Source: Podarcis liolepis (Eukaryota). From it: a stretch of 64,000 nt of DNA. Under the pieces are notes generated by a model, which was not told the origin of the DNA, did not search any database, and saw nothing but the letters and a program-made list of their open reading frames with translations. Numbering within the stretch: position 1 is the stretch's first letter; the number at the start of each line of letters is the position of its first letter. The position numbers and the translations under genes are program-made. The stretch lies in NCBI GenBank assembly GCA_965112155.1, contig OZ218098.1; one strand, given 5' to 3'. Shown here piece after piece: positions 36,073-48,878 of this stretch.

Positions 36073-37249
36073 CTAAAAGGAGGAAGAAAGGACAAGTGAA
36101 AAGGTGAGTTTTAGCACAGCTGAATGGCCTGCATCAGCACTTCAGTAACATATTTGATCATACTCAAATGATCAATGTGCTCTTAGTTTTTCATTTCTTT
36201 TTCCTTCAGACCCTCCCTGACTCCTCTTTCCCCCTCTCTCCTTGGACCATTTAAAGGGCCCTAGAACTATGAGGTCACTCACCATCTCCAACATCAACCA
36301 GCTATTGGTGAAGTGAGCTCTCAGTGGCTGAGGATCATGTCACCCATGGCTGATGGTTCTCATGGACATCCTGGCTCAGCAACCACCAAGGGGTAGGAGG
36401 GCTGTTGCACAAACCTATTCCTTTTTTCTTAAAAAAAGTCTTCTTTCTCCTGCTCTAACTACATGTGTCAGAGATAAAAAGGGCATGTTCGACATTCTTC
36501 GGTCCTTCTCTAACACCTCAGCTGTTTTCCATCTACTGGTTTTTTCAATTCTAGCCATAACCAGAAGGGTTAATATTCATTCCATGTCCCTTATATTGGC
36601 ACTGTGCTTTCTATAGCCCAACACAACAGTTTTAGTAATAACCCCCCCCCAATATCCTTAATTGATTATACTCTTCCAGAATTTCCTTTTTTGACATGTC
36701 TAACATATGGAAAAATAATCTGATTTTTCTCTCCTGCATCTCCAATGCTTATCACAGGGGCCATGCACCACGTACAGACCATTTTGTCATGGTTTCTCTT
36801 TATAGTTGACCTATACTGATAATTTTCAGGCGCTTACAGTGCTGCACAAGCCTGGTGTCTTGCATTGGGTGTGGCTGCAAGACCGCAAATGGTAATGCTG
36901 CCTCATCAAGCACAGAGCCATTGTGCCTCATTGTAAACCTATTTCTCAGTGCAGTAGCTTTTATGAACATTGACTTTTTTGAATTCAGTTCTGCAACAGT
37001 CAACTGTTTTCTGGACTCCAGCAACCTTGTGAAGTTATTACCAGGCGTTGGTTCTTGATTTATTTTATTTGACTAGCAACTTCGACGCACTTGCATTGTT
37101 ACTTTTTCAGTAGCGGCACTTTACAGTTATGCCATGTCCTTCATGAAATGATCACAAATCATTTAAAATCATTTGCTTTCAAGAGGAACTGAGAAAAGAG
37201 AGGGCTGAAATTATAGACCAACTAGGTAAAATAAGAAAGTGATGAATAC

Positions 37250-37327
37250 CTTGTGTCCAAGCCAGGTTCCATGATGACCTTCCACAGGGAGACGCTCAGC
37301 ATCTCCAGTCAGGTCAGTCAGAGCATC
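37250..37327 (-). CDS. DAGLA: DAGLA exon 12 (78 nt): DALTDLTGDAERLPVEGHHGTWLGHK
   Basis: Manual translation. Acceptor ctccag, donor AAG|gtattc. Confidence 0.96.
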
Positions 37328-37484
37328 CTGGAGAACCAATTGTATATTAGAATGAATCATAAAATGCTAATGATACATTTCTACAAGAACAGTGCAATGT
37401 GAAATATGGGAGCAGAGGATTCCTAGGAGCCCAGCATGAAATGGCATCTATTGTGAGAGTGAACAGAGCAGGACTCAACATTAC

Positions 37485-37568
37485 CTTTGGGGACAAAGTT
37501 CCTCGGATACTGATGACCACTTTCTTCTTCTCATGATCGACAGCAACGTAGAAGGGAGTTTCATAGAC
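37485..37568 (-). CDS. DAGLA: DAGLA exon 11 (84 nt): VYETPFYVAVDHEKKKVVISIRGTLSPK
   Basis: Contains the lipase class 3 RGT motif. Acceptor ctttag, donor AAG|gtaatg. Confidence 0.97.
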
Positions 37569-37843
37569 CTAAAGGAAATGCAGTATCACATCAGTCTTGC
37601 CTTACTGAAATGAAGTGATTTTCACCTTCCCAACAAACAAGTAAAACAGCTAGCCGATAAGCCTTCAAAGGACAGCAGCACCCTTGAGCTCAATCTACTT
37701 GAGCATACATAAGGCGTTATCTGTATATCACTGATAGTAACTTCAGGCTATAAATTAGCTGCTAGACCTGTTGGCTTAAAACGTGGCTCTGAAATGCCCC
37801 AGAAATGTCCTTCAGAGCAAGGAAGCTCTTAGATGGCCCTTAC

Positions 37844-38000
37844 CGCATCATGACAGGAAGTGTACACAATGTCCACAGAGCTCATGTTTTCATCAAGAAA
37901 GTGGCGACGGATGGCGATAGCATTGCAGCCGCAGCAATTATCTTCCTCAATTGTGACACCAGGTGCATAACGTGGCCGAGAGGGGCAGAGACAACAGCAT
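37844..38000 (-). CDS. DAGLA: DAGLA exon 10 (157 nt): CCCLCPSRPRYAPGVTIEEDNCCGCNAIAIRRHFLDENMSSVDIVYTSCHDA
   Basis: Manual translation. Acceptor tttaaag, donor GCG|gtaagg. Confidence 0.95.
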
Positions 38001-38546
38001 CTTTAAATAAAAAGTACAGGTAAATAACATTTGGAAAGGAATGGAAAAAGAGATGAAGGATGAAAGAGAAGCAATAGAAGAGCCTAGCTTACTGAAGACA
38101 TTTTTATCTACACACAATGCCAGCTCTGTTTTCATTCTGGAAAAAATAATATACCAGCAACCTAAAAGATAGCTCTGTGAAATTATAGGATAAAGGAAGA
38201 AATGGGTAAAAATTAAAGAGAAAGACAACAGGTCAGAAAGGAGAAAAGAAAAAAGAAATCAGACTTTATAGAGGCACCAGAACACTATCAACTATTTAAT
38301 AATGCAAGTTCAGTATATCTGACATAAACCTTAACTATCTGCAGAGTTGACATTATGAATATGTGCACTCAAATATAATAAACCTTCCAAACCCTGATTT
38401 AGGCACTTAGGACTACAACCTGTGCATGCTTACGAAGATGTAAATTCCACTGAAATCAGTGGAAATCCTCCAAAGTAAACATGCATATGAATACTCAAAG
38501 GCCTGTTAAGGAACAATGAGATGCTACATGGACAGAAATGACATTT

Positions 38547-38637
38547 CATAGGATCACAGAATTGTAGCGTTGGAAGGGATCCCAAGGGCCATCTGGTCTA
38601 ACCCCCTGCAATGCAGGAATCTCAACTAAAGCATCAT
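38547..38637 (-). mobile_element. CR1 extreme 3' end
   Basis: Reverse-complement homologue of 14892-14980. Confidence 0.8.
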
Positions 38638-38870
38638 AGCAAGTAAATGTGGATAGGATAAAGTTACTTTGTAACCTCCTAGAAGTGAGATACGTGCAAG
38701 CCATTTTTAAAAAGCAAAGGCTTGTGTAGGCCAAAAATGAGACTACAAAAATGGAAGAGAGAATGAGGAAAGGGAAATTAAGGATTTACTAAAGAAGACA
38801 AGGAACAATAAATACATGAGTAGAAAGTGAGGAGGGAATGTATACAGAGACAGCCTGGGTGAACACTTAC

Positions 38871-38995
38871 GAGCAAGATCTGGCCAGGCGACAAAGTCCA
38901 CAGGTAGGTTTCCTCATCAAATACATGGGCCAGCCATAGGCAGCCAAAGCAAAGAGCATATAGTAACAAACCTCTTTGTATCGCAGCATCTCTTG
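38871..38995 (-). CDS. DAGLA: DAGLA exon 9 (125 nt): QEMLRYKEVCYYMLFALAAYGWPMYLMRKPTCGLCRLARSCS
   Basis: Manual translation. Acceptor ctccag, donor gtaagt. Confidence 0.96.
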
Positions 38996-39805
38996 CTGGA
39001 GGAAACAAGAGATATTTAGTGTCCTGATGGCATCATTGGAGATGTCTCCCTCTCACTGTTTCAGTATCAGTTCCCTACCCCACAAAATACATTTTTTTAA
39101 TTTGTTGGACCTTCAAATCCTGCCCTCCCTCCTTCTAGGCTTCTCTCGTTGAAAGTAACCACCTACAGCCAAAGGCCATTTTCAGACGCAACACTAGCTC
39201 ATAGTTTAGAGCAGGGGTAGCCAACGTGGTGTTTTCCAGAAGTTACTAGATCACAACTCTCATCACCATTAACCATTGGCCACACTGGCTTGGGCTTGCA
39301 CTCTCCTGCCCCCAATCTTGGGGACAGCTGAAAGGAGACTGGAAGCACTCACTTCTGCTTTTAAACTACATGAAGTCCCACATTACATCCAAATCAGGGG
39401 AATGCTGGTTCATTTAAACTACAAACAAGTTCAGCTGTAAAGAGGAACAGAAGTCTGCATCTGAGGCTCTTATTCCCACAGCATGCAAAAAGGGTTTGGG
39501 CTTCTTGACTGCCTAAGAGATTTCACAAAGTGAAAGTGCATTTGTACTTCCTTTTTCGTGCTTCTTTTTTAAGATACATTATTTAACAGGACAAGGACTT
39601 TATCCCTACACTGATAAAGGGAAGAAGGCACATGTGGCTTGAGAAGTTATGAATAGTTTGGCCTGCAGGTAACATCCAGAGCATCATACTGCTTTCATTA
39701 CATAAAATTGGGTTGGGAAAATTAAATGCCGAGCAATTCATGCTGCCACTTCCAGCTTTAAACAAGGCTCTGTTCTTTTTGCTGCAACATACTAATAGGC
39801 CTTTC

Positions 39806-39981
39806 CAGTGCTTTTTTTCTAAAAAAAAAAAAATTATGGGTACTCTCATTTTGACTGAAGAAAATCACCATTTTATAGTTCAAATTGGGAAAAATAAATA
39901 CAGTAACTGGACAAAAGTACAAAGATTCACAAAATGTTTAGGGGTATGCATACCCCTGCGTCCCCCCAGAAAAAAGCACTG
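39806..39981. mobile_element. Short DNA-transposon-like element with cagtgcttttttct TIRs
   Basis: cagtgctttttttct ... agaaaaaagcactg. Confidence 0.65.
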
Positions 39982-40120
39982 TGCCTCTTCATTTTTTACT
40001 ATTCTGATTAGAATAAAAGTTTGCATTAAAGGAAATACAAGATAACTGATTTATTGGGCCTGATAAGATAGTGTGCACTCTACAATTGTGTCAAAGTAGC
40101 ATTAGAGTCTGATGACTTAC

Positions 40121-40198
40121 TGAGTTTTTCAGGTCCAGATATTTAGTGTTCCTGGTTACTGGCATCCCCGACAAGAAAGCTAGAATATCGTTGTTTGC
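40121..40198 (-). CDS. DAGLA: DAGLA exon 8 (78 nt): ANNDILAFLSGMPVTRNTKYLDLKNS
   Basis: Manual translation. Acceptor ttacag, donor gtaagt. Confidence 0.96.
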
Positions 40199-40844
40199 CT
40201 GTAAATCACATAATAAGAGACTGAGATCATGACCCTGAAACACTCCATTTGCACTCAAGGAGAGGGAAGCTCCATTTGGCTTGGATCACTGTTAAGCAGA
40301 AGCAAGATTCTCACTCTATTCTGCCAAAGTTTCACCATAGTTCTGTTTGTCTTCCTAACACCTCCACTCTAAAGCCTAGAAACATGAAAAACTAACCACT
40401 ATTTTAAAATGGTTTATTATTATTTCAGCTTTGTCCCTCCTTTTTTCCATCATGGAATTCAAGGGGGTAATCCATTCAGACAGAGACCAGACCTGCTTAA
40501 CTGAAGCATGGTGGTGCCTCAGTTGCCTTCAGACTATATCCTGGGACTGCTAATTTTGTAACATCTTGAAGTTTTTGATCCCTAAAAATCGTGATTTCCC
40601 ACATTCCAGTACCAAGCTTTTTGTGAAGTTTATCAATGAAAAACTCAAAAATGCATGTTACAATTTTTTCATTACTGGTCACTGGGAGGTGACGGACTGT
40701 TATATCTTAGGACAGCTAGGCAAAGATTTGGTGATTCCCCACTTCTGAAACACATGACAATAAGTGATTAAAAGCCAGATAAACATATCAGTAACATCTG
40801 TATTTCAGCAGTGAAAAAGCACAGAAAGCAGTCTGCATACTCAC

Positions 40845-40979
40845 TTCATCCAGTACAGCACTGCGTTTCGCCCTCTGTCGTTGGCGCAGAAGTACCAGGC
40901 CTGCTATGATATCAGATGGGACTATGTCAAGATCTCGGAAAAACTCAGCAAAGAGATATGCAATTTCAGAGTAGGCATC
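40845..40979 (-). CDS. DAGLA: DAGLA exon 7 (135 nt): DAYSEIAYLFAEFFRDLDIVPSDIIAGLVLLRQRQRAKRSAVLDE
   Basis: Within ORF 40788..41024. Acceptor tttcag, donor gtgagt. Confidence 0.97.
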
Positions 40980-41330
40980 CTGAAAAATCCCAAAAGGGGA
41001 AGTTGATAAATGAACTTGTAACAAGCAAAAGACAGAGAGCTAGTATCAATCACTGGTACTGAAAACGTAATTCTCAGGTGCTCTTCCAAAACATCCACTT
41101 TGTTACCTAGGTAAGAACTGGCTTCCCCATCTCATTCTAATTTATTCTTCTAAGAAAAGAATTATGCAGGATTTATCACACTTTTCCTCTAAGGAACTCA
41201 AGGTGGCATACAAAGGGTTACCTTATTTTATCATCACAACAACCTTATGAAGTAGGCTAGGCTGAGAGATAGAAGCCCAGTTCACAAGCAATGCTAAGAA
41301 CAGGTATAACAACAACAAGAACAACTTTGT

Positions 41331-41630
41331 TATTTATTCCCCTGCCGCTCTGGGCGGCTAACAGTACGTATAAAAACATAGTAAAACATCAAACATTAAG
41401 AACTTCAGATATCTTCTAAAAGTTGTGCAGTTCTTTATTTCCTTGACATCTGATAGGAGGGCATTCCACAGGGTGGGTGCCACTACCAAGAAAGCCCTCT
41501 GCCTGGTTCCCTGTCACTTGACTTCTTGCTGCGAGGGAACTGCCAGAAGACCCTTGGAGGAGGACTTCAGTGTCCGAGCTAAACGATGGGGATGGAGACA
41601 CTCCTTCAGGTATACTGGGCCAAGGCCCAA
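41331..41630 (-). mobile_element. L2-clade LINE 3' fragment
   Basis: Minus strand encodes an RAF-type tail (gaaggc..tggaatgccct). Homologous to 3040-3230. Confidence 0.75.
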
Positions 41631-43343
41631 TATACCTAAAGGAGCATAATACAAAGACCAAACAAGGTTTAGTCCCAGATAGTAAGCAAGAGTGGGGAAG
41701 GAGTGCTATTCTTCACTCTGGGAACCCACATATTTGCATGTTCATGCTAAGCTATGGTTTGGGGGGGTACATGCAAATGGGATCAGTGACCTCTTCAAGG
41801 ACACTCATTAAACTTTATGGTGAATAACAGATTTCAAGTCAGACCTCCCAGACCTAAGTTCACTACTCTATGTTCTGCATCACTCTCACCAAAAGGTCCA
41901 CCTAGACCACTTTACTGTCTCCAACAGCACACAGCCTGAACACCTTAGGAAGCTTACAGGTAATGCACAATAAAGACAGACATCCCTTGCCATTTGTCCC
42001 CAGAATCTGGAAATCAAATACAAAAGAATCTATAGTAGTTTTGACAACTCCACTTTAACATAACAATTATGTTTGCTCTAGGTAAATATTATACCATGTT
42101 TCTGCAGCAAACACTTTAGATATGTACAAAAGACCTGCATAATTTAATAGTACATATTAAATATTATGCCTTGGAACCATGCTTTTCAGTTTAGATCCAT
42201 CTTTATATTTAAATTGTTTGTTTATTTGTTTATAGCCAAAAAGTCTCCCAGAGTGGCTTACATACAATTATTTGAGCTCATTTGCTTCATCTAGTAAGAA
42301 AAATATATACCTCTAAATATAATAAAAAGTTTTACCCTTTTTGTGACTGACCACCATTGCTCTGCAGCACCTGACAAGTGGCATAGCTATGCTACAAAAG
42401 TCCTGATCACCATCAGCATCTGCTTCTTACACACTGGGTGACTGCCCTTTTAAAAACATTTTTTGCACAAGTGAAACAGACCACTAGATGAGATGTCATT
42501 TTATTTATTTTAAGTAATCCAGAGATCTTTATGTCATGGCAACCTACAAATGTTGTAAATAAATAAGGACATGGCTTCCTTGACATGGGGTTATTATGTT
42601 AATAACTAATCTGATTTGCATCTACCATTGTGTTACATACAATCTTCATATGCCCTTTGAAAAAAAACTTCTCAACTCTTCATAACGAAGAATAATCTAA
42701 GTAATACTTGATAATCTGACAGCGCATCACTTTTTCAGGTCGTTAAAAAGAAAGTTCTGTCCATTTAAAATGAGTCCATCATTTTATGTCCTTTGCCAGT
42801 TTTAGTGGTTTAAAAGTTCTGGACAGAGTTATTCTTTCTTGCAATTGCATAAATAGCTTAGTTACAATCTGATTGCAATAAATATGAAGCCATGCAGATG
42901 GAAAAGGGTTGATTCTTCCTCTACTCTACTGCAAATATCTCACTCTGAGCTCCTCACCCATGATTAAACAATTGGGAACTTTATGTCTGCACCAGTTCTT
43001 TGTAATTATTTCCTTATACAGGGCATGAGTGACTTGTGCCAGAGGTGCAGCACCCATGTGTGGAAGATCCCAATAGGAGTCCAAAGTGCCATCGCTCCTT
43101 CCACCATGTTCACAGCATATTCAGAGATAATACAACTGAACATTCAGAACTGTTTCCAGGTCTCTTAAGCATGCAATCAGGAGATTTATGTACACATCAA
43201 ATCACATGGGGACTGGCTGACTAAACTCCAGATAAGAGTTCTATGAAATATTACATGAAGCAGATTTACCATTGATATCTCTCAGTGTAATGGTCTGAGA
43301 AAGCAGATATTTGCTTTGTGATGAAAAGATAGGTGCTACTTAC

Positions 43344-43431
43344 TGACTGGGAATCTTTTGTTCGTGTGCAGCAGAGGAAAACTTTGAGCCGCCGGGTCCA
43401 GCTGCTAGCCTGCCCTTCCTCCAAACGGTGC
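43344..43431 (-). CDS. DAGLA: DAGLA exon 6 (88 nt): HRLEEGQASSWTRRLKVFLCCTRTKDSQS
   Basis: Manual translation. Acceptor ttgaag, donor gtaagt. Confidence 0.96.
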
Positions 43432-44580
43432 CTTCAACATGCAGAAAGGAAGAGTTTACAAATGGATTATGGCGGGGGGTGGGGTGGGGAGGAGACATAA
43501 ATTTGGAATTGCTGTCCTTTGTGTTCCTCCTTCTTTGCAGAAGGGAGTGAGAGGTTCTTGAAGCAGCTCACCAAACAGTTCAGAATAGAAAGCTGACCAG
43601 CTTCACCTGAGAATGTGAATCTACCTCACACTGACGAAGCCCTACACAGCATGAAACAGCATAAAACAGTAGAGGAAGCTATGGATCTTATGGGAGCATC
43701 TGCAGCTAAAGCGGAAGCATGAGACATCTTTTTCAGAACATCCTTGGTGGGCTTGGGCCCATCCTCCCGTGCCCCAAACTCATCCACCCACATAAAAACT
43801 GCCTGGCAAATGCAAACACTGTAACTGAAGCCCTAAAGGTCACAAAGCCAGCTTCAAATTTCCTACACAGAGCCCCCTCTACCCATCTGTCACAGGAATC
43901 TTTGGGTCCCACTTCCTTTTTAGAAGGAATCACAGCCAAGGAATATAAAGCTGCCATGGGTGGATCAACAGCAAGAAAATGAAGCTGTTGCATAATCTTC
44001 TCATCAAAAATATGTTTCTTAGCAACCAGAGACACCAGTTTAGCCTTATTTGGATGGGCCCACTCAGCTTTCTAAGCTGAGTCAAAAATGTATGGAAATG
44101 GAACAGTAACCGCCTTGTGAGAAGCTGATGGGAAGGCCTTCTCAGCACCCACTGAGGAGGTGGCAGTTACAGGAGCTTCCTCCTCCTCAGTGAGCTCCTC
44201 CCCAGGAAGGGTCCAGCAAACACTCCTTCCCTGCAACTGCATATGACATGAGGATATGTGGAATTGGGTGCAGATGAACCACCAGTGAGAACTTCTGCTC
44301 CATGCTTTTCTTGTCCCACTGATGGCCTGAGAACATAGGGTGCACCCCAGCTAGCCATTCTAGCACCTAAACTGGTGCGGCTTATACCTCCACTCCCGAA
44401 ACACTCAGAGACAAAGAGAAACTGGGCGGAAGAATCAAAAAAACACACACAAGCCAGTGGAAAACGAGGTGCAGGAAGCAACTAGGGAGAAAAAAGACAA
44501 CAAAAACAAAGCACCCCTTCTTCCACACACCAACAGGAGAGGAACAAAGGAACAGAAACCAAAAAGGCAGGCACAATAAC

Positions 44581-44827
44581 CAGGGTTGCCATATTTCAAA
44601 CAGTGAAAATCCAGATAGAAAAGTTGTTGAGCTGTTTTTGCAAAATCACATAAAAATTTGACGTTTTTGAACTATTTTTATGGAAAAGCAGTGAAAATGA
44701 CACTGCCGACATGGGTTGCCATACGTATGAATTTCCCCAGACATTTTTGCTGATTTCAGCCCAGACACTGCTACAAACTACAGTATTCCAGATATGTCTG
44801 GGAAATTCCGGATCTATGGCCACCCTG
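44581..44827. mobile_element. Non-autonomous DNA transposon with CAGGGTTGCC TIR and flanking duplication caataac
   Basis: cagggttgccata ... tatggccaccctg. caataac at 44574-44580 and 44828-44834. Confidence 0.82.
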
Positions 44828-45723
44828 CAATAACAGAGGAAAGGCTCTAAAATGTAGTAAAGGTTCTGAAGAACACAAAACAACCTTGACTAGCACTGGC
44901 TGCAAGCAGGATTAGTCTGGTAGGCGGGAGAACTCCTCCCCCTGGAAGGGAGCCAAAAAGGCTCTAGGCTAGGGACTCTGCCTGCCATGTCCAGTAGGAG
45001 GAGTCATCCCTTTTAAGGAATGTCCTCCAGTCTCTTCTCACCAACAACCAAAAATGAGACAGTTGACTTTTAATTGCAAGCCTTGACTGAGAGGAGTGTA
45101 AGTTGGACCCGTAACAAAATTCAGCAGTGTAGACTGCTTCTGCTCAGGATATTCAATTCTATCTCTGCTCCTGCCAGTTTTCTTTTGTTTCACTCAGCAA
45201 TCAATCAGTATCCAGTACCCACCAAGCATGCTCAGTCTGCACTACATAGTTTTGTAGGATTTTTTTTTTGCCCCTGCTGATTTTTTCCCCTCTACAGAAT
45301 TTTTGTAATTCTGTGAATCTCATATTCCACGCTCTTGTTGTGGATGGTGCTGTTTTGGCTACCTAAGGACTGGGCAGTCAGAAATCTGAGTTTTATATAT
45401 ATACACACAAGTCAACCCTGCAACAAAATGTTGCTGTGTGGATCCTAGCCACCTAATTCTATCCCCACTCTGACCCCCACAACATTCAGTATCCCGTGCC
45501 TATAGATAATGCACAGTCCTCACTGGGCGACTGTGAATGGAGGTTGCCTCCTAGGGTTTTCCCCCTGCGTGTTTTTTTTAAAAAAATGATGATGATGATG
45601 ATGATGATGCTATGAGCAAACCTGAGGGTGCCCCCATGCATCCCAGTATCTCCTGTGTGTGTGTTGTCATTTTAGCTACATCAGGACCAGCACTCAGAGA
45701 ACTAGGATCACTATTAGTATATA

Positions 45724-45948
45724 CAGTGGTACCTCGGGTTAAGTACTTAATTCGTTCTGGAGGTGTGTTCTTAACCTGAAACTGTTCTTAACCTGAAGTA
45801 CCACTTTAGCTAATGGGGCCTTCTGCTGACACTGCGCCGCTGCTGCATGATTTCTGTTCTTATCCTGAAGCAAAGTTCTTAACCCGAGGTACTATTTCTG
45901 GGTTGCAGAGTCTGTAACCTGAAGCGTATGTAACCCAAGGTACCACTG
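45724..45948. mobile_element. Tc1/mariner (Tigger-like) MITE, TA TSD
   Basis: ta|cagtggtacctcgggtta ... taacccaaggtaccactg|ta. Confidence 0.88.
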
Positions 45949-46243
45949 TACAGTGGTGGTTGGAAGCAATTGTCTTCAGCTGGGTGTCCCCCCACCAACA
46001 ACTGACAAACAGCAAGCCCTGTCCACATGTTGCATTGTGAGCTCCTTTTTAAACTGCCTTGAGTGGCAACAGAGGAAGAGGGATACTTAGGTGAAAAAAG
46101 AAAAAGTCCATATAAATCAGTTAATCAGGTCACAACACAGTTTTTTCAATCATGAAACAAATCAAGGAAAATAGCTTCTGAGTTAGATACATTAGATACA
46201 TAATCCAGACTCTATCTTGTTGAAATGCTGTTTTGTGACTTAC

Positions 46244-46382
46244 CTCAAGTTGTACGTCCTCAAGTTACGCTGCCTCCTCTTTGTGGCTCGCAGTTTGACA
46301 AAAGTTCTTCCTGTTGGATCAAAGACGCACAGGACAGTGATGCAAACACTCAGAATGACGACCCAGTTGCAGACGACCATTC
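46244..46382 (-). CDS. DAGLA: DAGLA exon 5 (139 nt): MVVCNWVVILSVCITVLCVFDPTGRTFVKLRATKRRQRNLRTYNLR
   Basis: Manual translation. Acceptor accag, donor AG|gtaagt. Confidence 0.97.
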
Positions 46383-46822
46383 CTGGTAAAACAAAGAAGA
46401 TTCAAATGCTCAATTCCGAAGTGTCATCTATGACTCTCTTGGCAAGTTAGCTTTGAGTTTATGGGGTTTTTTTTCTGAAGCAACACACTCAAGCTGAATT
46501 TCACTGACCAAAGTGAAGGCATGCATCCACAGCAACACCAGGGATCTCAAAACCAGATATTATAGAGTGAAAGGAATTATGGATAAAACAGTAGTTAGAG
46601 ATGTACTGTTGGATTCTTTTGTAAGGATTTGCACTGGTTTCCAGAGCAATTGCAAAAATCCATACAATACCTAGTCAGGCAGCAAAACAACAGCTACTGT
46701 CCTTCCATCCATACATACTAATTGAAGTTTGTGCAATGGTTAAGTCTATCCGCAAAACATTCAGGGTGGGTACATTTTTATAGGCAGAAAGTGAATTCAT
46801 GCAGAAACCTTCAAATACACAC

Positions 46823-46924
46823 CCAAAGTGACACTCTTGGCAGTAACATCATTGCAGGAGCTGTAGTACTGGGTTAACCAAACAATGCCCACAATAGCAT
46901 AGATAAACTCAATCACCAGGATGG
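46823..46924 (-). CDS. DAGLA: DAGLA exon 4 (102 nt): AILVIEFIYAIVGIVWLTQYYSSCNDVTAKSVTLG
   Basis: Manual translation gives a transmembrane helix. Acceptor tttcag, donor G|gtgtgt. Confidence 0.96.
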
Positions 46925-48523
46925 CTGAAACAATAAGAACATAGTGCACAATAGCAGCATTATTCTAATGAATACCTTGTTTCAAAGATGTCAGAGACCA
47001 CCACAGTATTTCTTGTTAGCAGTTCTCATGTATCCATTCCAATTTATTATTTCACTTCCAGCAAAACCAGATTTTTGTCTAAGCTCAATTAAACATACCC
47101 ACCCCACATTTTTCAAGGAAAACGCATAAAAAGAATTACATTTAGGAGCATTTTATACTAATGCTCAAGGAAAGCTCCCAAAAATCCCTCAGCAAAAACA
47201 AATCTTTCCCTCATCCCCATTGAGCATCATAACAAATACTTTCCTAAGAATATGGACATATTTCTAGATAGGTAGTACAGCAACAGGAAATAGAGTTTCA
47301 TACATAACATCTTCCTCTGTTCCACTCCAACCACTAAAATGACAGAACATGAAAGAATTGTCTTAAATATTTTATGATGCTATGTATTTTAGATCTGATG
47401 TCATAATATTTTTATATGTGTACCCCAACCTGGGACCACTTAGTGAAGGTGGATTATAAGTGTTGTAAATAAGTAAATACTCCCAATCCCATTTCTCTCC
47501 TGAAATCCACCTATGATATAGTTCAATTCCTCATTGGCTTTAGCAATCTCAGGTACACATGAGTTTCATCTGATTCTGGCAAAAAAATAAATAAATTGGG
47601 GGGGGTGAAAGAGGGGGAGGCAAAATGCAGAAATATAGATTGTATACTAATTGACTAGACAGCAGAATCTTGGACCCTGAGATGCTGATGAATTTCTTCA
47701 AGCTTGAGCTCATACAATTCTATGGTTCTATGATTTTCCCAACCTCAGACTGGCTCAGAAAATTATCCCAGGTGTTTGTTTTTCATTTTGGGGAAAGAAC
47801 TCTGAGGCAAACTGGAGAGAGCTCACCCATCCCTACTTTGACTCAAAGCAGAGCATGGCAGATAACAGCAACATGTTACTATTGCAAGAAAGTAAAAGAA
47901 AAAGCCCATTAAGCTACATATCTAATTTATAAGACATAATTGCTATCATACTGCATTGCTCAGTTCTCAGATATCAAAAGGTGACATTTTACACAGTCTA
48001 ACAAAACTTTTCAGTGACTGGAGGTGCTACCTGTAGCATGTAATTTCAATTCCCCCCACCCATATAATTCCTTTTATCAATAAAAGATTGAATAAAATGC
48101 TGAAATGTTCTTTTTTGAATGTCACACTCCATTCTCAGGTAAAAACCTGTTTTCTAAGTTTTCACAGCACTTCAAGCTAAACAGCTAAAGTGTGAGTGGC
48201 ACAGCAGCTATAGATGTGTATATATTTTGGTGTAACTGTTGCAGACGTGTAACAGAAATTTATCATGATGAGCAACACATTACCTCTCTTCAGTCCAGGA
48301 AGATTTTTTTAAGTGATTAAAGAAAAAAAGATGTATTTTTGGATACTCATGTAGCCATTTAAAAAGTAGTTCAAGAAGAAAATGTGCTAGGGTCCATCTC
48401 AGCAACGCACCTCAATTCAAGAAGGGGAGGGGGGTGTCTTACTTTTTTAAAAAAATCCCCAAAAGTTATTATTTATTTATAAATTTGCCACTGTTAAGTT
48501 AGATCCGGTGGCACGACAGTGAG

Positions 48524-48878
48524 AGGTAAAGGTAAAGGGACCCCTGACCATTAGGTCCAGTCGTGACCGACTCTGGGGTTGTGGCGCTCATCTCGCTTTA
48601 TTGGCCGAGGGAGCCGGCGTACAGCTTCCGGGTCATGTGGCCAGCATGACTAAGCCGCTTCTGGCGAACCAGAGCAGCACACGGAAACGCCGTTTACCTT
48701 CCCGCCGGAGCGGTACCTTTTTATCTACTTGCACTTTGACATGCTTTCGAACTGCTAGGTGGGCAGGAGCAGGGACCGAGCAACGGGAGCTCATCCCGTC
48801 GCGGGGATTCGAACCGCCGACCTTCTGGTCGGCAAGTCCTAGGCTCTGTGGTTTAACCCACAGTGCCACCCGCATCCC
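48524..48878 (-). mobile_element. Sauria-type SINE, near full length
   Basis: tRNA-like head on minus (gggatgcgggtggcactgtgggttaa...ggttcgaatccc, B-box) and an (ACCTTT)n tail at the left end. CpGs are retained. Confidence 0.88.

Noticed and set aside
48795-48878. tRNA-like A/B-box sequence
   Set aside because: It is the head of the Sauria SINE, not a tRNA gene.
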